A stretch of 64,000 nt of DNA from Vicinamibacterales bacterium. GTDB lineage: Bacteria > Acidobacteriota > Vicinamibacteria > Vicinamibacterales > UBA2999. Location: NCBI GenBank assembly GCA_044347565.1, contig JBIKUN010000006.1, positions 415 through 64,414 of the forward strand, given 5' to 3'. This document shows, in pieces, positions 28,168-37,404 of the stretch (the first letter of the stretch is position 1; each line of letters begins with the position of its first letter). Made by a program: the position numbers and the translations under genes. A model generated the notes under the pieces. It did no database searches. It was not told where the DNA came from and was given only the letters and a program-made list of their open reading frames with translations.

Positions 28168-30801
28168 TCACGGCGCGATGGTGAACGGCGCGACGCGCAG
28201 CGGCCACTGCAGCGACAGCGTGCCTGGCGCGGTGATGCCGGCCAGCCACTGATACACGCCGGGCGGCGTGCCCGCCGGCAGCGGAAAGGTGAAGGGCACG
28301 CTCACGCTTGGCAGCACCACACTGCGGGCGAGGGGCGCGAGCCCGGGGCGAAGCCCCCCCTGCGACAGCAGCGACAAGAGCGCGCCATCGGGCCCCTGCA
28401 CCACGACGTAGGCATCCACGGCCCCGCCGACGATGCCCGCGGTCGCCCGCACCGTGGCGACGAGCGTGTCGCCGGCGCGAAACGTGGCCTGGTTCACGTC
28501 CACCGCCAGCGGATCGGCCTGCGCCACGCGGCCGCCGCTGCCGGAGCGGCCATTGAGCCGCACGTACTCGGCCCAGCGCGGGCCCGCCACCGGATCGGCG
28601 CGGAGCTCTGACGGCGCGTTGAAGTGGTCGAAGACCTGCTGGTCGGTCTCGTCACCACGCAGCCCCCACGCGTCCGCGAAACCAAGCAGGTTGTGGCCAT
28701 CCCAGCCGTGCTTCAGCGCGAACGACGCCAGCGCCCCCGACACGCCGCCGCGATTCCAGTCCTGTTCGCCTTCGTAGTAGTCGGGATAGTAGCGGCCCGG
28801 CACCGGGTCATCGACGCGCCGCCCCCGCAGCCGGCTCACGCCGTGTTCGCCCATCCCGGCGATGAGCACGGCGCCGCGCGGATCCACGGCCACGAGCCAC
28901 GGATAGTGCGGCGTGCCGGTGGCGTCGTTGCGTCCCCAGGAATTCGGGTAGGGTTCCCAGTCGTCGCCGAAGATGAATCGCGACTGCCCGCCGTCGGGCG
29001 GGAGCCAGGCGTAGACCTCGTTGAAGCGGTCCTGCCCCGGATCACCGTCCACACCGCCGCCCACCGACTTGCACCAGTAGATGCCGTCTTTCGGCCCGGC
29101 CGTGCCCCAGCGATCGACGTCGAGCCAGGCCCAGCCGAAGGCGAACCGTTCGAACTTGTTGTCGACGGCGCCGAGGCGTGTCGTCTCGCCGGTCCGGGGA
29201 TCGATCCGGCGAATGAGGCCGTAGCCGAGTTCGAGCACGATGAGACGGCCGCGGCTGTCGACGCGCACCGTCTGCGGCACGTAGATGTCGGGGCGGACGC
29301 CGCGGGCGGCGTCGGCGGCGCTCACCTCGAGGCGGCTGGCCGCCCGGGTCTGCGCGTGGTTGTAGATGTCGGTGACGCCACGCGCCAACAGCGCGGCCTC
29401 CATGTCGGGCCGGCCGGCGAGGGTCGTCACGCGCCCGTCGCGGGTGATGCGGCGGATGGCGTGATTGCCCTGATCGGCGACATACAACACGTCGGCCACC
29501 GGGTCGAAGACGACGGACGTCGGCCCGTTGAGCCGCGCCGCCTGCCCGGCGCCGTCGGCCGCGCCGGGCTGGTGCGCGGGGTCGCCCGCGAACACACTTA
29601 CCGTGCCGACGCGGGTGGCGTCGTCCACCACCACCTTCCAGATGCAGTGGTCCTCGAACGACGCCACGTACCAGATACGTTCGTCGCGCGGATCGATCGC
29701 GATGTCGAGCGGCGTGCGGAAGCCGCCCGCCTCGCCCGGATACTGCCCCTCGGTCCACACGCCACGCAGTTCCTGGTTACCGCGGATCTGCGCCATCGAC
29801 TTCGTGATCCAGACCGGATCCTTCCCCGGCGCGGTACGCCAGCCGGCCACCGTCACGATCTCCCCATCCGGCAGCAGATATCCGACGCGGCCACCGGATT
29901 CGGCGAAGGCAAAGCGGCCGGCGCTGTCCACCTGGCCGGTGATGAGATTGCCCATCCAGCCGACCCCGCGCGGGCCGTCCTTGAACGGCATCCGTTCCTG
30001 TTTGCCCGTGACCCGCAGGTCGCGATGGTCGTCGTTCGAGTATTTGGCGGCGAGTTCCCGCACGAAGGGCAGCTGGTGCGGCAACTCTTCCCACCACATC
30101 TGCAGCCCCTTCTCCCACTCGGCGTTGGGCATCATGCGCTCGAGATACAGATCGGCCTGATGCGGGGGCGCCGACCACGGTTCCGCGCGCGGATCCATCG
30201 GGTAGCCGCGGAAGCGCCGCCCCGCCGCGTTCACGTAGGTGACATGCGGGCCGGCGCGCGCGTAGTCGGAGAGGATGGGCACGAGCGGACTGACCGGCCG
30301 GCCCGTCGTGATGTGCACGAAGATCGGGGCCGGGCGGTAGTCGCGGCGGGCCGCGCCCTCGACGTCGATCGTGAGGTCGTGCACGCCATCGGGCAGGGCC
30401 GACAGCTCCGGCGTGGCCAGGTCGAGGCGGATGGCGGCCATCTGGTCGATGGGCAGCCACGGTGTCACCGCGGTGCCGCGCACCAGCACGCGCAGCCGGC
30501 TGAGACCGCTCGATGCCGGCGGAATCTCGGTCCAGTAGTTGCCGCGCTCGAGCAGCCGTACCTGCAGCGTGGCCGTGAGCGCATCGGGCGCCGCATGGTG
30601 GCCGCGATGCAGATGCACCCAGTCGCTGTCGGGCAGCCCTCCGGGATCTTCGAGCCCCTGCACCTTGGTGATTTCGATGAGGTGCGGCGCGTCGGCCAGC
30701 GGCCAGGCCGTCTGCCGCGCCTCCACGCCCGTCAGGGCGGCCACGATCGTGGCCGCCAGCAGCGCGCCGAGACCCGGCCGGCGCTCAACTCCGTGCGACA
30801 C
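28168..30801 (-). CDS. Large secreted NHL-repeat beta-propeller protein of unknown function
   Basis: 877 aa with a signal-like N-terminus. NHL-type blades (LYVADQGNHAIRRITRDGRVTTLAG, LIVLELGYGLIRRIDPRTGE). No catalytic motif recognised. Confidence 0.75.
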   Translation of the reverse strand: MSHGVERRPGLGALLAATIVAALTGVEARQTAWPLADAPHLIEITKVQGLEDPGGLPDSDWVHLHRGHHAAPDALTATLQVRLLERGNYWTEIPPASSGLSRLRVLVRGTAVTPWLPIDQMAAIRLDLATPELSALPDGVHDLTIDVEGAARRDYRPAPIFVHITTGRPVSPLVPILSDYARAGPHVTYVNAAGRRFRGYPMDPRAEPWSAPPHQADLYLERMMPNAEWEKGLQMWWEELPHQLPFVRELAAKYSNDDHRDLRVTGKQERMPFKDGPRGVGWMGNLITGQVDSAGRFAFAESGGRVGYLLPDGEIVTVAGWRTAPGKDPVWITKSMAQIRGNQELRGVWTEGQYPGEAGGFRTPLDIAIDPRDERIWYVASFEDHCIWKVVVDDATRVGTVSVFAGDPAHQPGAADGAGQAARLNGPTSVVFDPVADVLYVADQGNHAIRRITRDGRVTTLAGRPDMEAALLARGVTDIYNHAQTRAASRLEVSAADAARGVRPDIYVPQTVRVDSRGRLIVLELGYGLIRRIDPRTGETTRLGAVDNKFERFAFGWAWLDVDRWGTAGPKDGIYWCKSVGGGVDGDPGQDRFNEVYAWLPPDGGQSRFIFGDDWEPYPNSWGRNDATGTPHYPWLVAVDPRGAVLIAGMGEHGVSRLRGRRVDDPVPGRYYPDYYEGEQDWNRGGVSGALASFALKHGWDGHNLLGFADAWGLRGDETDQQVFDHFNAPSELRADPVAGPRWAEYVRLNGRSGSGGRVAQADPLAVDVNQATFRAGDTLVATVRATAGIVGGAVDAYVVVQGPDGALLSLLSQGGLRPGLAPLARSVVLPSVSVPFTFPLPAGTPPGVYQWLAGITAPGTLSLQWPLRVAPFTIAP

Positions 30802-30875
30802 GTCCCCCTCCTCATGTGGCGCGCCGGTGCTCGACCCGACGTGCGAGGGGGGACCCGCAGGTGTCCGGCGACACC

Positions 30876-30910
30876 GCCGGATGCCACGGCGCCACGGCGC
30901 GGCATCCGGC
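30876..30910 (-). terminator. Hairpin downstream of the TPR gene (10-bp stem, 15-nt loop, no U-tract)
   Basis: GCCGGATGCC-N15-GGCATCCGGC, 21 nt after the stop at 30931. Confidence 0.3.
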
Positions 30911-30930
30911 GCAGACTGACGCGAAGGCTC

Positions 30931-32496
30931 TCAGCGCATGGACGTGCCGAGCTTCGCCTGGACCTTCTGGAGGCCCTTCACCGAGGGCGTGCGGTTCGGC
31001 GTGCGCAGCAGCGCCTGCTCGAACGCGGCGGCTGCCTCCTTGTCGCGGCCGGCCTCGGCCAGCAGCTCGCCGTAGAGTTCGAACGCCGGCTTGATCGGCT
31101 CGGGCGGGCCCGAGGGCGCGGCCATCGTGACCTCGACCTCCGTCGCGCGCTTCGCGAACGCGAGCGCCTCGTCCTTCTGCCCCTTCGCCCAGCGGATGAT
31201 CGCGCCGAGCTCCTGCTCGCGAATCGCATGCGGACGCGCCGCATAGGCGTTCGGACCCGCGGCAGCGCGTTCGCGGAAGCCCTTGAGCTGCGCTTCGGCA
31301 GCCTCGGCCGTGGCCATGTCGCCGAGCTTCGCGGCGCTCACGCCGACGATGTAGACCCACGAGGCCGCGCCTTCCGAGACGCCCATGGCATTACCCGGCA
31401 TCGCCATGCCCGGCATGCCGGCGTGTTCGCCGCCGGCGGCGGCCGCGGCCGGGGCGGCCGGCAGCGCCAGCTTCTCCCACTGCGCCGTTTCCTGGATGTA
31501 GCGCGCGCGCATGCCGAGATAGCCGTCGCGGATGTTGGCGGCGTTCGGATTGCGGTCGGCCGCGCCCTTCGCCGCCTCGACGTTCTTCTTCGCCTCGTCG
31601 AACTTGCCGAGCATGAGGTGGGCGTAGCCGAGCCAGCCGAGCGTGTGGAAGTCTTCGCGGCCCTCGGGCAGCTTCAGCTTGGCATTGAGATCGACGGCCG
31701 CCTTGTAGGCATCGATGTTCGAGAGCGCCACCTGTTCCCACATGCCGCGCTGCACGTAGATGTGCGAGGGCATGTGCAGCGCGTGCGCGGCTGATGGCGC
31801 GATCTTCGCGTAGGCATTGGCGGCCTCGAGCGCGAGCGGCGCGTGATCGGGATCGTCGAAGGCGTGGATGACGAAGTGCGCGGCGCCGGGATGTTTCGGA
31901 TTGGCGGCGAAGATCTTCTCCGCAATCGACGCGGCGAGCGCCTGGCGGCGGAAGCCGGCATCGCCGGGCCGCACGCTGCCGAGCAGCGACAGCGCGTAGA
32001 ACGTGCCGATCTCGTGGTCGCCGGGATACTGCTCGTAGAGCCGCGCCATCTGGTTCGCGTAGGCGAGGTCACGCGTCAGCTTGTCGCCCGGGCTGAAGTA
32101 GAGCGTCTGCATCGCCTCGAGCAGCGCCTTCTCCTTCGGCAGCGTCGCCTTGGCGAGGCGCGCCTCGTGCGTTGGCGCAAGGCGGTCGAGCACGGCCTTC
32201 GCCTTCGCAAGATCCTGCTGCGCCCACAGCGGATGGTTGTGGCTCATCGCTTCGCCCCAGTAGGCCAACGCGAAGTTCGGATCAGCCTTCTGCGCCGCCT
32301 GGAAGGCGACGGCGGCTTCATCGAACTGGAAGTTGTGCAGCGCCTTCACGCCGGTGAGGAACGCCTCCTGCGCGGCGGGCGCGCCGGACGTGGGAAACGT
32401 GATCGAGCCGAACTGCTGCGCGGCGGGCGCGGCCGCCCACACGAGCACCGCCGCCACTGCGGCGACGAGCGCCGACGTCGTGCGCACACGAACCAT
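30931..32496 (-). CDS. Secreted tetratricopeptide-repeat protein
   Basis: Signal peptide then TPR-like helices (AQEAFLTGVKALHNFQFDEAAVAFQAAQKADPNFALAYWGEA...). Confidence 0.75.
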   Translation of the reverse strand: MVRVRTTSALVAAVAAVLVWAAAPAAQQFGSITFPTSGAPAAQEAFLTGVKALHNFQFDEAAVAFQAAQKADPNFALAYWGEAMSHNHPLWAQQDLAKAKAVLDRLAPTHEARLAKATLPKEKALLEAMQTLYFSPGDKLTRDLAYANQMARLYEQYPGDHEIGTFYALSLLGSVRPGDAGFRRQALAASIAEKIFAANPKHPGAAHFVIHAFDDPDHAPLALEAANAYAKIAPSAAHALHMPSHIYVQRGMWEQVALSNIDAYKAAVDLNAKLKLPEGREDFHTLGWLGYAHLMLGKFDEAKKNVEAAKGAADRNPNAANIRDGYLGMRARYIQETAQWEKLALPAAPAAAAAGGEHAGMPGMAMPGNAMGVSEGAASWVYIVGVSAAKLGDMATAEAAEAQLKGFRERAAAGPNAYAARPHAIREQELGAIIRWAKGQKDEALAFAKRATEVEVTMAAPSGPPEPIKPAFELYGELLAEAGRDKEAAAAFEQALLRTPNRTPSVKGLQKVQAKLGTSMR

Positions 32497-32560
32497 GATG
32501 TCCTCCGGACAGGCTGTCGATTGGGGGCGCGCGGCGGCCGGCCGTACGCCGTGGATTAGC

Positions 32561-33331
32561 TTACACCCGGGTCGCGGCGCGGCGCGTCACGCGGAACGTG
32601 ATGAGACGTGCGGGCCCTTCGGTGACCACGGCGAGCCGCGGGGACGTGAGAAAGGCCAGGCCTTCGGGCCGTTCGCCGTCTTCGAGCGGCAGGTCGAAGC
32701 TCTGGATGAGCTGGAGTCCGTCGTGGGCCAGCCGCATCACGACGATGCGGCGGCTCTCCTCCGAGAGCAGCAGGAGGAGACCCGTCACCGGATCGACCGC
32801 CACGTCCGCCAGATCGTCGAGCAACCCTTTGGCGGCGCGCGGCAGCTTGAGGTCGTCGGTCACAGCGAGCGTGCGCAGATCGCACAGGCAGACGCGGCGC
32901 GGCTTGTGTTCGTGCACGGCCACGAGCGCCGCCCGTCCGGTGGGCGAGAAACGCGGCGCGAGCCAGGCCAGGCCCTCGAAGCCCTTGTTCTTCGTCGAGC
33001 CCGGCCGCTCGAGCAAGGCGGTGCGTGCGACCCGCGGGCCGCGGGCGCCGAGGCGCAACTCGACGAGCGTGCCGTGTTCCTCCGAGAGCGCCCACACGAT
33101 GTCGCCGGTCTCGTTCGCGGTGATGCCCTCGAGGTCGGCGAGCGCCGGATGCAGGTCGGGCCCGGCCCAGAGCGTGGCGGTTGCGCCGCGCAGGCGGTAG
33201 ATGCCGAGGTCGTCTTCCACGATGAGCACGCCGGCGCGTGACGCCGTGACCGCGCTCGTGCCCTTCACGGGGAGCGCGCGCACGGTGGCAAGTGCCAGCG
33301 AGAGAGGCGTTTGCGTGGTGGACGAGGGCAC
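32561..33331 (-). CDS. SdiA-regulated/YjiK-like beta-propeller protein
   Basis: 256 aa with repeated (F/P)EGLA(W/F)L motifs and beta-propeller-like periodicity. The family call is from memory and only moderately supported. Confidence 0.55.
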   Translation of the reverse strand: MPSSTTQTPLSLALATVRALPVKGTSAVTASRAGVLIVEDDLGIYRLRGATATLWAGPDLHPALADLEGITANETGDIVWALSEEHGTLVELRLGARGPRVARTALLERPGSTKNKGFEGLAWLAPRFSPTGRAALVAVHEHKPRRVCLCDLRTLAVTDDLKLPRAAKGLLDDLADVAVDPVTGLLLLLSEESRRIVVMRLAHDGLQLIQSFDLPLEDGERPEGLAFLTSPRLAVVTEGPARLITFRVTRRAATRV

Positions 33332-33414
33332 GGAGGTGTGGGTCTCTCACGGCGTCGCCGCGGCCGGGGGTTGCTCCTATACTCTACACACCGATTTTCC
33401 GAAGGAGCGTTCCG

Positions 33415-35238
33415 ATGCGCATTCGCCGCCTGCTGCTCACGTCCGCCGCCGTGCTTGTCTGCGGCACCGCCATCGCCATCGGACAGCAGCAGGCCGCCGA
33501 GGCCCCGGCGGCGCTGCGTCCCGGCTTCACGCGCCCCGCCGTCGCCGGGCTGAACGGCCTGGTCACGTCGGGCCATCCGATTGCGTCATCCGCCGGGCTC
33601 CAGATCCTGCTCAAGGGCGGCAACGCGTTTGACGCCGCGGCGGCCGTGGGCTCGATGGCCGCGCTCGGTGAACCCGAGATGAACGGCATCGGCGGCAACG
33701 GCTTCATGACCATTTATCACAAGGGCACCGGCAAGGTCTGGTCGCTCTCGATGGCCGGGGCGGCGCCGAAGGGCATCGTGCCCGCCGACATGACGCCCGA
33801 GACGCTGAATGCCGGCATGAAGGCCGGCATCGTGCCCGGCAACATCGGCGGCTATCTCATCCAGCTCCAGCGCTTCGGCACGATGAAGGTGGCGGATGTC
33901 TTCGCCACGGCGATCGACTACGCCGAGAAGGGCTACCCGATCGACCCGATGCTTGCCGCCTCGATCGCGCGCGGCCGGAACAACCTGGCGAAGTATCCGA
34001 CCACGGCGAAGATCTTCCTGCCGAACGGCGAGCCGCTCAAAGCGGGCGACCTGCTGAAGAATCCCGACTACGCGGCCACACTGCGTAAGATGGTCGAGGC
34101 CGAAGCGCAGGCGCTCGCGAAGGGCGCGTCGCGCGAAGCCGCCATCCAGGCCGCCTACGACCGCTTCTACAAGGGCGACATCGCACAGGAGATCGACCGC
34201 TTCTTCAAGGCGAACGGCGGCGTGCTCACGGCGGCGGATCTCGCGGCCTACAAGCCCGAATGGCAGGAGCCGCTGCACACGACCTATCGCGGCCACGACG
34301 TCTACAGCAACCCGGCCACCTCACGCGGCGGCTTCGAAGTGCTGATGGGCGCGAACCTCATCGAGCCGGTGGACCTGAAGGCCGCCGGCTCCGGATCGCC
34401 CGCGGCGCTCCACGCGGCGATTGAAGCGATCAAGATCTCGAAGGCCGACATCTACCGCTACGTCGCCGACCCGGCGTTCGTCTCGGTGCCGCAGGCCGGC
34501 CTCATCTCGCGCCGCTTCGCCGACGAACGCCGCAAGCTCTTCGATCCCGCGAAGGCGATTCTCTATCCGCCCGCCGGCATGCCGGAGGGCTCCCCCACGT
34601 CGTCGCCGCGAGCGCAGGGCCCGGCCTTCGACGACAACTACGACGGCGAACTCCACACGACGTCGTTCGAGATCGTCGACAAGTTCGGCAACGCCGTCGG
34701 CTGCACGCCCACGCTTGGCGGTCTCTTCGGCAACAACGTCGTCGTCGGCAACACGGGGCTGCTCCTCAACAACGGCATGCGCATCGGGTCGACATCGCCC
34801 TACCCCACCGACGTGAACTACGTGGGCGCCGGCAAGATTCCGATTCTCAACAACTCGCCGGTCGTGGTGCTGAAAGACGGCGCGCTCGCCTTCGTGTTCG
34901 GCACGCCCGGCGGTGAGACGATTGGCCAGACGGAATTTCAGGTGCTCTTGAATCTCGTGGACTTCCAGATGCCGGTGCAGGAAGCGATCGAAGCGCCGCG
35001 GTTCGTGCTCGACGCCACACCGAACTTCTACAAGCCGGGCGCCGCGATCACCGTGCAGATCGAAGGCCGCGTGCCGGCCCCGACGATCGCGGCGCTCAAG
35101 GCGATGGGCCACACCGTGCAGGTGCTGCCAGGCTGGGGCAGCCTGGGGCACATGCAGGTCATTCGCGTGGACCCGAAAACCGGCGCCAAGACCGCCGGCG
35201 CCGACCCGCGCCGCACCGGCTACGCCATGGGGTACTGA
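33415..35238 (+). CDS. ggt: Gamma-glutamyltransferase
   Basis: ATG 33415 with GAAGGAG 8 nt upstream and a signal peptide. GGT motifs GGNAFDAAAAV, GIGGNGFM and the autoprocessing/nucleophile Thr in GELHTTSFEIVD. Confidence 0.9.
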   Translation: MRIRRLLLTSAAVLVCGTAIAIGQQQAAEAPAALRPGFTRPAVAGLNGLVTSGHPIASSAGLQILLKGGNAFDAAAAVGSMAALGEPEMNGIGGNGFMTIYHKGTGKVWSLSMAGAAPKGIVPADMTPETLNAGMKAGIVPGNIGGYLIQLQRFGTMKVADVFATAIDYAEKGYPIDPMLAASIARGRNNLAKYPTTAKIFLPNGEPLKAGDLLKNPDYAATLRKMVEAEAQALAKGASREAAIQAAYDRFYKGDIAQEIDRFFKANGGVLTAADLAAYKPEWQEPLHTTYRGHDVYSNPATSRGGFEVLMGANLIEPVDLKAAGSGSPAALHAAIEAIKISKADIYRYVADPAFVSVPQAGLISRRFADERRKLFDPAKAILYPPAGMPEGSPTSSPRAQGPAFDDNYDGELHTTSFEIVDKFGNAVGCTPTLGGLFGNNVVVGNTGLLLNNGMRIGSTSPYPTDVNYVGAGKIPILNNSPVVVLKDGALAFVFGTPGGETIGQTEFQVLLNLVDFQMPVQEAIEAPRFVLDATPNFYKPGAAITVQIEGRVPAPTIAALKAMGHTVQVLPGWGSLGHMQVIRVDPKTGAKTAGADPRRTGYAMGY

Positions 35239-35255
35239 GGCCGGAGACGCCTGCC

Positions 35256-36371
35256 ATGACCCTCGCTCGACGACTTGCCCTGGGTGTGGGCGCGCTGGCC
35301 GTGCTCATCGGCGCTGAGCGCGGCGCGTCGCATCTCGCAGCGCAGGCCACGCCCGTGCCGGTGTTCGCGGTGGACCCGCAGTGGCCCACGCTGCCGCCGC
35401 AGTGGACGCTCGGGCAGGTGACGGGCGTCGCCGTCGATGCGCAGGATCACGTGTGGGTGCTGCACCGGCCGTGGTCGCTCACCGATGACGAGAAGGCGCA
35501 GAACCCCGAGGCCGCGTGCTGCACCGCAGCGCCGCCGGTGCTCGAGTTCGACGCGAGCGGCCGCTACCTGGGGGGCTGGGGCGGAGCGGGCGCCGGCTAC
35601 GAGTGGCCCGAGGACGAACACGCCATTCACGTCGATCACAAGCGCAACGTCTGGATCACGTCGGCCGGCGGCCCGCGGCTGCGCGACGGCAAGGAGAACA
35701 TGATCCTGAAGTTCACGAGTGATGGCCGCTTCCTGTTCCAGATCGGGAAGCGCGGGCAGAGCAAGGGCTCACTCGACACCGCGAATGTGAACAACGCCGC
35801 CGACGTCTACGTCGACCCCAGGACCAACGAGCTCTACGTGGCCGACGGCTACGTGAACCGGCGCGTGATCGTCTACGACGCCGATACCGGCGCCTTCAAG
35901 CGGATGTGGGGCGCCTACGGCAAGCCGCCCGACGACGCCGCGTCGAAAGTGGTCACGACCTCCGGACCGCCGCCGGCGCAGTTCAACCTCGTGCATGGCA
36001 TCCGTGTGTCGACGGACGGCAAGGTCTACGTGAACGATCGCCGCAACAACCGCATGCAGGTATTCACGACGGCCGGCGTCTACGAGCGCGAGATCTTCAT
36101 CGACCGCACAACGAAGCTGCTCGGCACGTCGTTCGCCGTGGGCTTCTCACCGGACGCGGGCCAGCGCTTCCTCTACCTCGCAGATGCCGGCAACGGCAAG
36201 GTGCGCATCTACGACCGCGCCACCCTCACCGAAGTGGGCGCCTTCGGCCGCATCGGCCGCTACGCCGGACAGTTCATCTTCCTGCATGCGCTCGCGGTCG
36301 ACTCGAAGGGCGATCTCTACACGGCCGAAGTGGGCACCGGACGGCGCGTGCAGAAGTTCGTGAAGAGATAG
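35256..36371 (+). CDS. PAL-like (peptidyl-alpha-hydroxyglycine alpha-amidating lyase family) NHL propeller, paralogue 1
   Basis: Signal peptide. The PAL catalytic pattern is conserved: VWVLHRPW, DEHAIHVD, ADGYVNRR, LVHGIRV, NDRRNNRM, FLHALAV. Starts 17 nt after ggt. Confidence 0.75.
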   Translation: MTLARRLALGVGALAVLIGAERGASHLAAQATPVPVFAVDPQWPTLPPQWTLGQVTGVAVDAQDHVWVLHRPWSLTDDEKAQNPEAACCTAAPPVLEFDASGRYLGGWGGAGAGYEWPEDEHAIHVDHKRNVWITSAGGPRLRDGKENMILKFTSDGRFLFQIGKRGQSKGSLDTANVNNAADVYVDPRTNELYVADGYVNRRVIVYDADTGAFKRMWGAYGKPPDDAASKVVTTSGPPPAQFNLVHGIRVSTDGKVYVNDRRNNRMQVFTTAGVYEREIFIDRTTKLLGTSFAVGFSPDAGQRFLYLADAGNGKVRIYDRATLTEVGAFGRIGRYAGQFIFLHALAVDSKGDLYTAEVGTGRRVQKFVKR

Positions 36372-36489
36372 CACCGCAGTCGGCATGCGGCCGCTGTCCC
36401 GCCCGGCGGGTCCTGTCACCGGCGGATCACCTTCCCAAGGAGCCGACGACCGGACACCGCGCCAACGCGACTGCGGCAGAGACCCGACG

Positions 36490-37323
36490 CTATCGTCCCG
36501 CGGCGGCGCGGCCCAGCGTGATGCTGGCGTCGTTCGGCACGAGCAGGCCGAGGAAGCCTTCCTTGACCCGCTGCGCCACGTCCTTCTCGTTCGCCGTCAG
36601 CATGTTCACGAGCTTCGTGCGCGAGGTCTCGGCCAGGATCTCCTGGTTGCCCTTCTCCGCCGCCGCCCGGTCGCCCTTGAGCGCGCCGGTCAGGCTGCCG
36701 ATGCCGCAGGCGAGCACGCTGTAGCCGCCGATGTCGGCGATGTCCTTGGCCTGCGCGACGGCGCCCGGGTCCTCGAGCATCAGCATCGCGACGACATTCC
36801 CGGTCGGGTTGGCGGCCGACCAGACGTTGGCGCGCGCGTCGGCGAAGAGGCTGATGGCCTGGCGGCCCTGATCGAGGTTCTCGATGTGCGGCAGCGTGAT
36901 GCCGTCGGCGCCCATGGCGAGGATCTCCTTGATGCGCACGAGCGTCTCGGCCGGGCCGGCCTCGGCCAGCGAGGGGATGCGCACGAGCAGCATCTTGCGC
37001 CCCGGCGTGCCCTTCTTGCCGAGGCCTTCGCTGATCGCCATCACGGCGTTGCGGTCGTAGGCGCCTTCGAGGTTCAGGAACACGAAGTCGATGAGCGGGT
37101 TCTTCGCCAGCGCCTGGCCGCCGGCCACGGTGTAGACCGCAGGGCCTCGATTCGGGCCGCGCGGCGCCGGGTTCTCGTCGGGCACGAATACCCCGAACGC
37201 GGTCTTGCCGGCTGCCCACAGGTCGAACGTCGCCGGACGCGCCGTCTGGGCCAGAGCCGCCCCCGGGCCAACCAGACCAGCCAGCACCACCAGCACCGCC
37301 CCCGCCACCTGTTGCTTGCTCAT
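36490..37323 (-). CDS. HpcH/HpaI aldolase / citrate-lyase-beta-fold protein with a predicted signal peptide
   Basis: Start trimmed to ATG 37323 (MSKQQVAGAVLVVLAGLVGPGAALAQ). TIM-barrel pattern IDFVFLNLEG, LVRIPS, ILAMGADGITLPHIEN, MLMLEDP. Confidence 0.55.
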   Translation of the reverse strand: MSKQQVAGAVLVVLAGLVGPGAALAQTARPATFDLWAAGKTAFGVFVPDENPAPRGPNRGPAVYTVAGGQALAKNPLIDFVFLNLEGAYDRNAVMAISEGLGKKGTPGRKMLLVRIPSLAEAGPAETLVRIKEILAMGADGITLPHIENLDQGRQAISLFADARANVWSAANPTGNVVAMLMLEDPGAVAQAKDIADIGGYSVLACGIGSLTGALKGDRAAAEKGNQEILAETSRTKLVNMLTANEKDVAQRVKEGFLGLLVPNDASITLGRAAAGR

Positions 37324-37404
37324 CGTGTCGCGCCTCCGTGAATCCGAGGGGCCGATCATACCGCGCCGGATGGCCCCGCGCCGCCCACGCTAGAATGAGG
37401 CGTC

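Noticed and set aside
33347-33356. Recurrence of the 10-mer TCACGGCGTC (also at 14031..14040) upstream of two minus-strand genes, as a possible shared regulatory motif
   Set aside because: Given the base composition, the expected number of chance occurrences of this 10-mer on two strands of 64 kb is about 0.3. A second copy is therefore not significant on its own.
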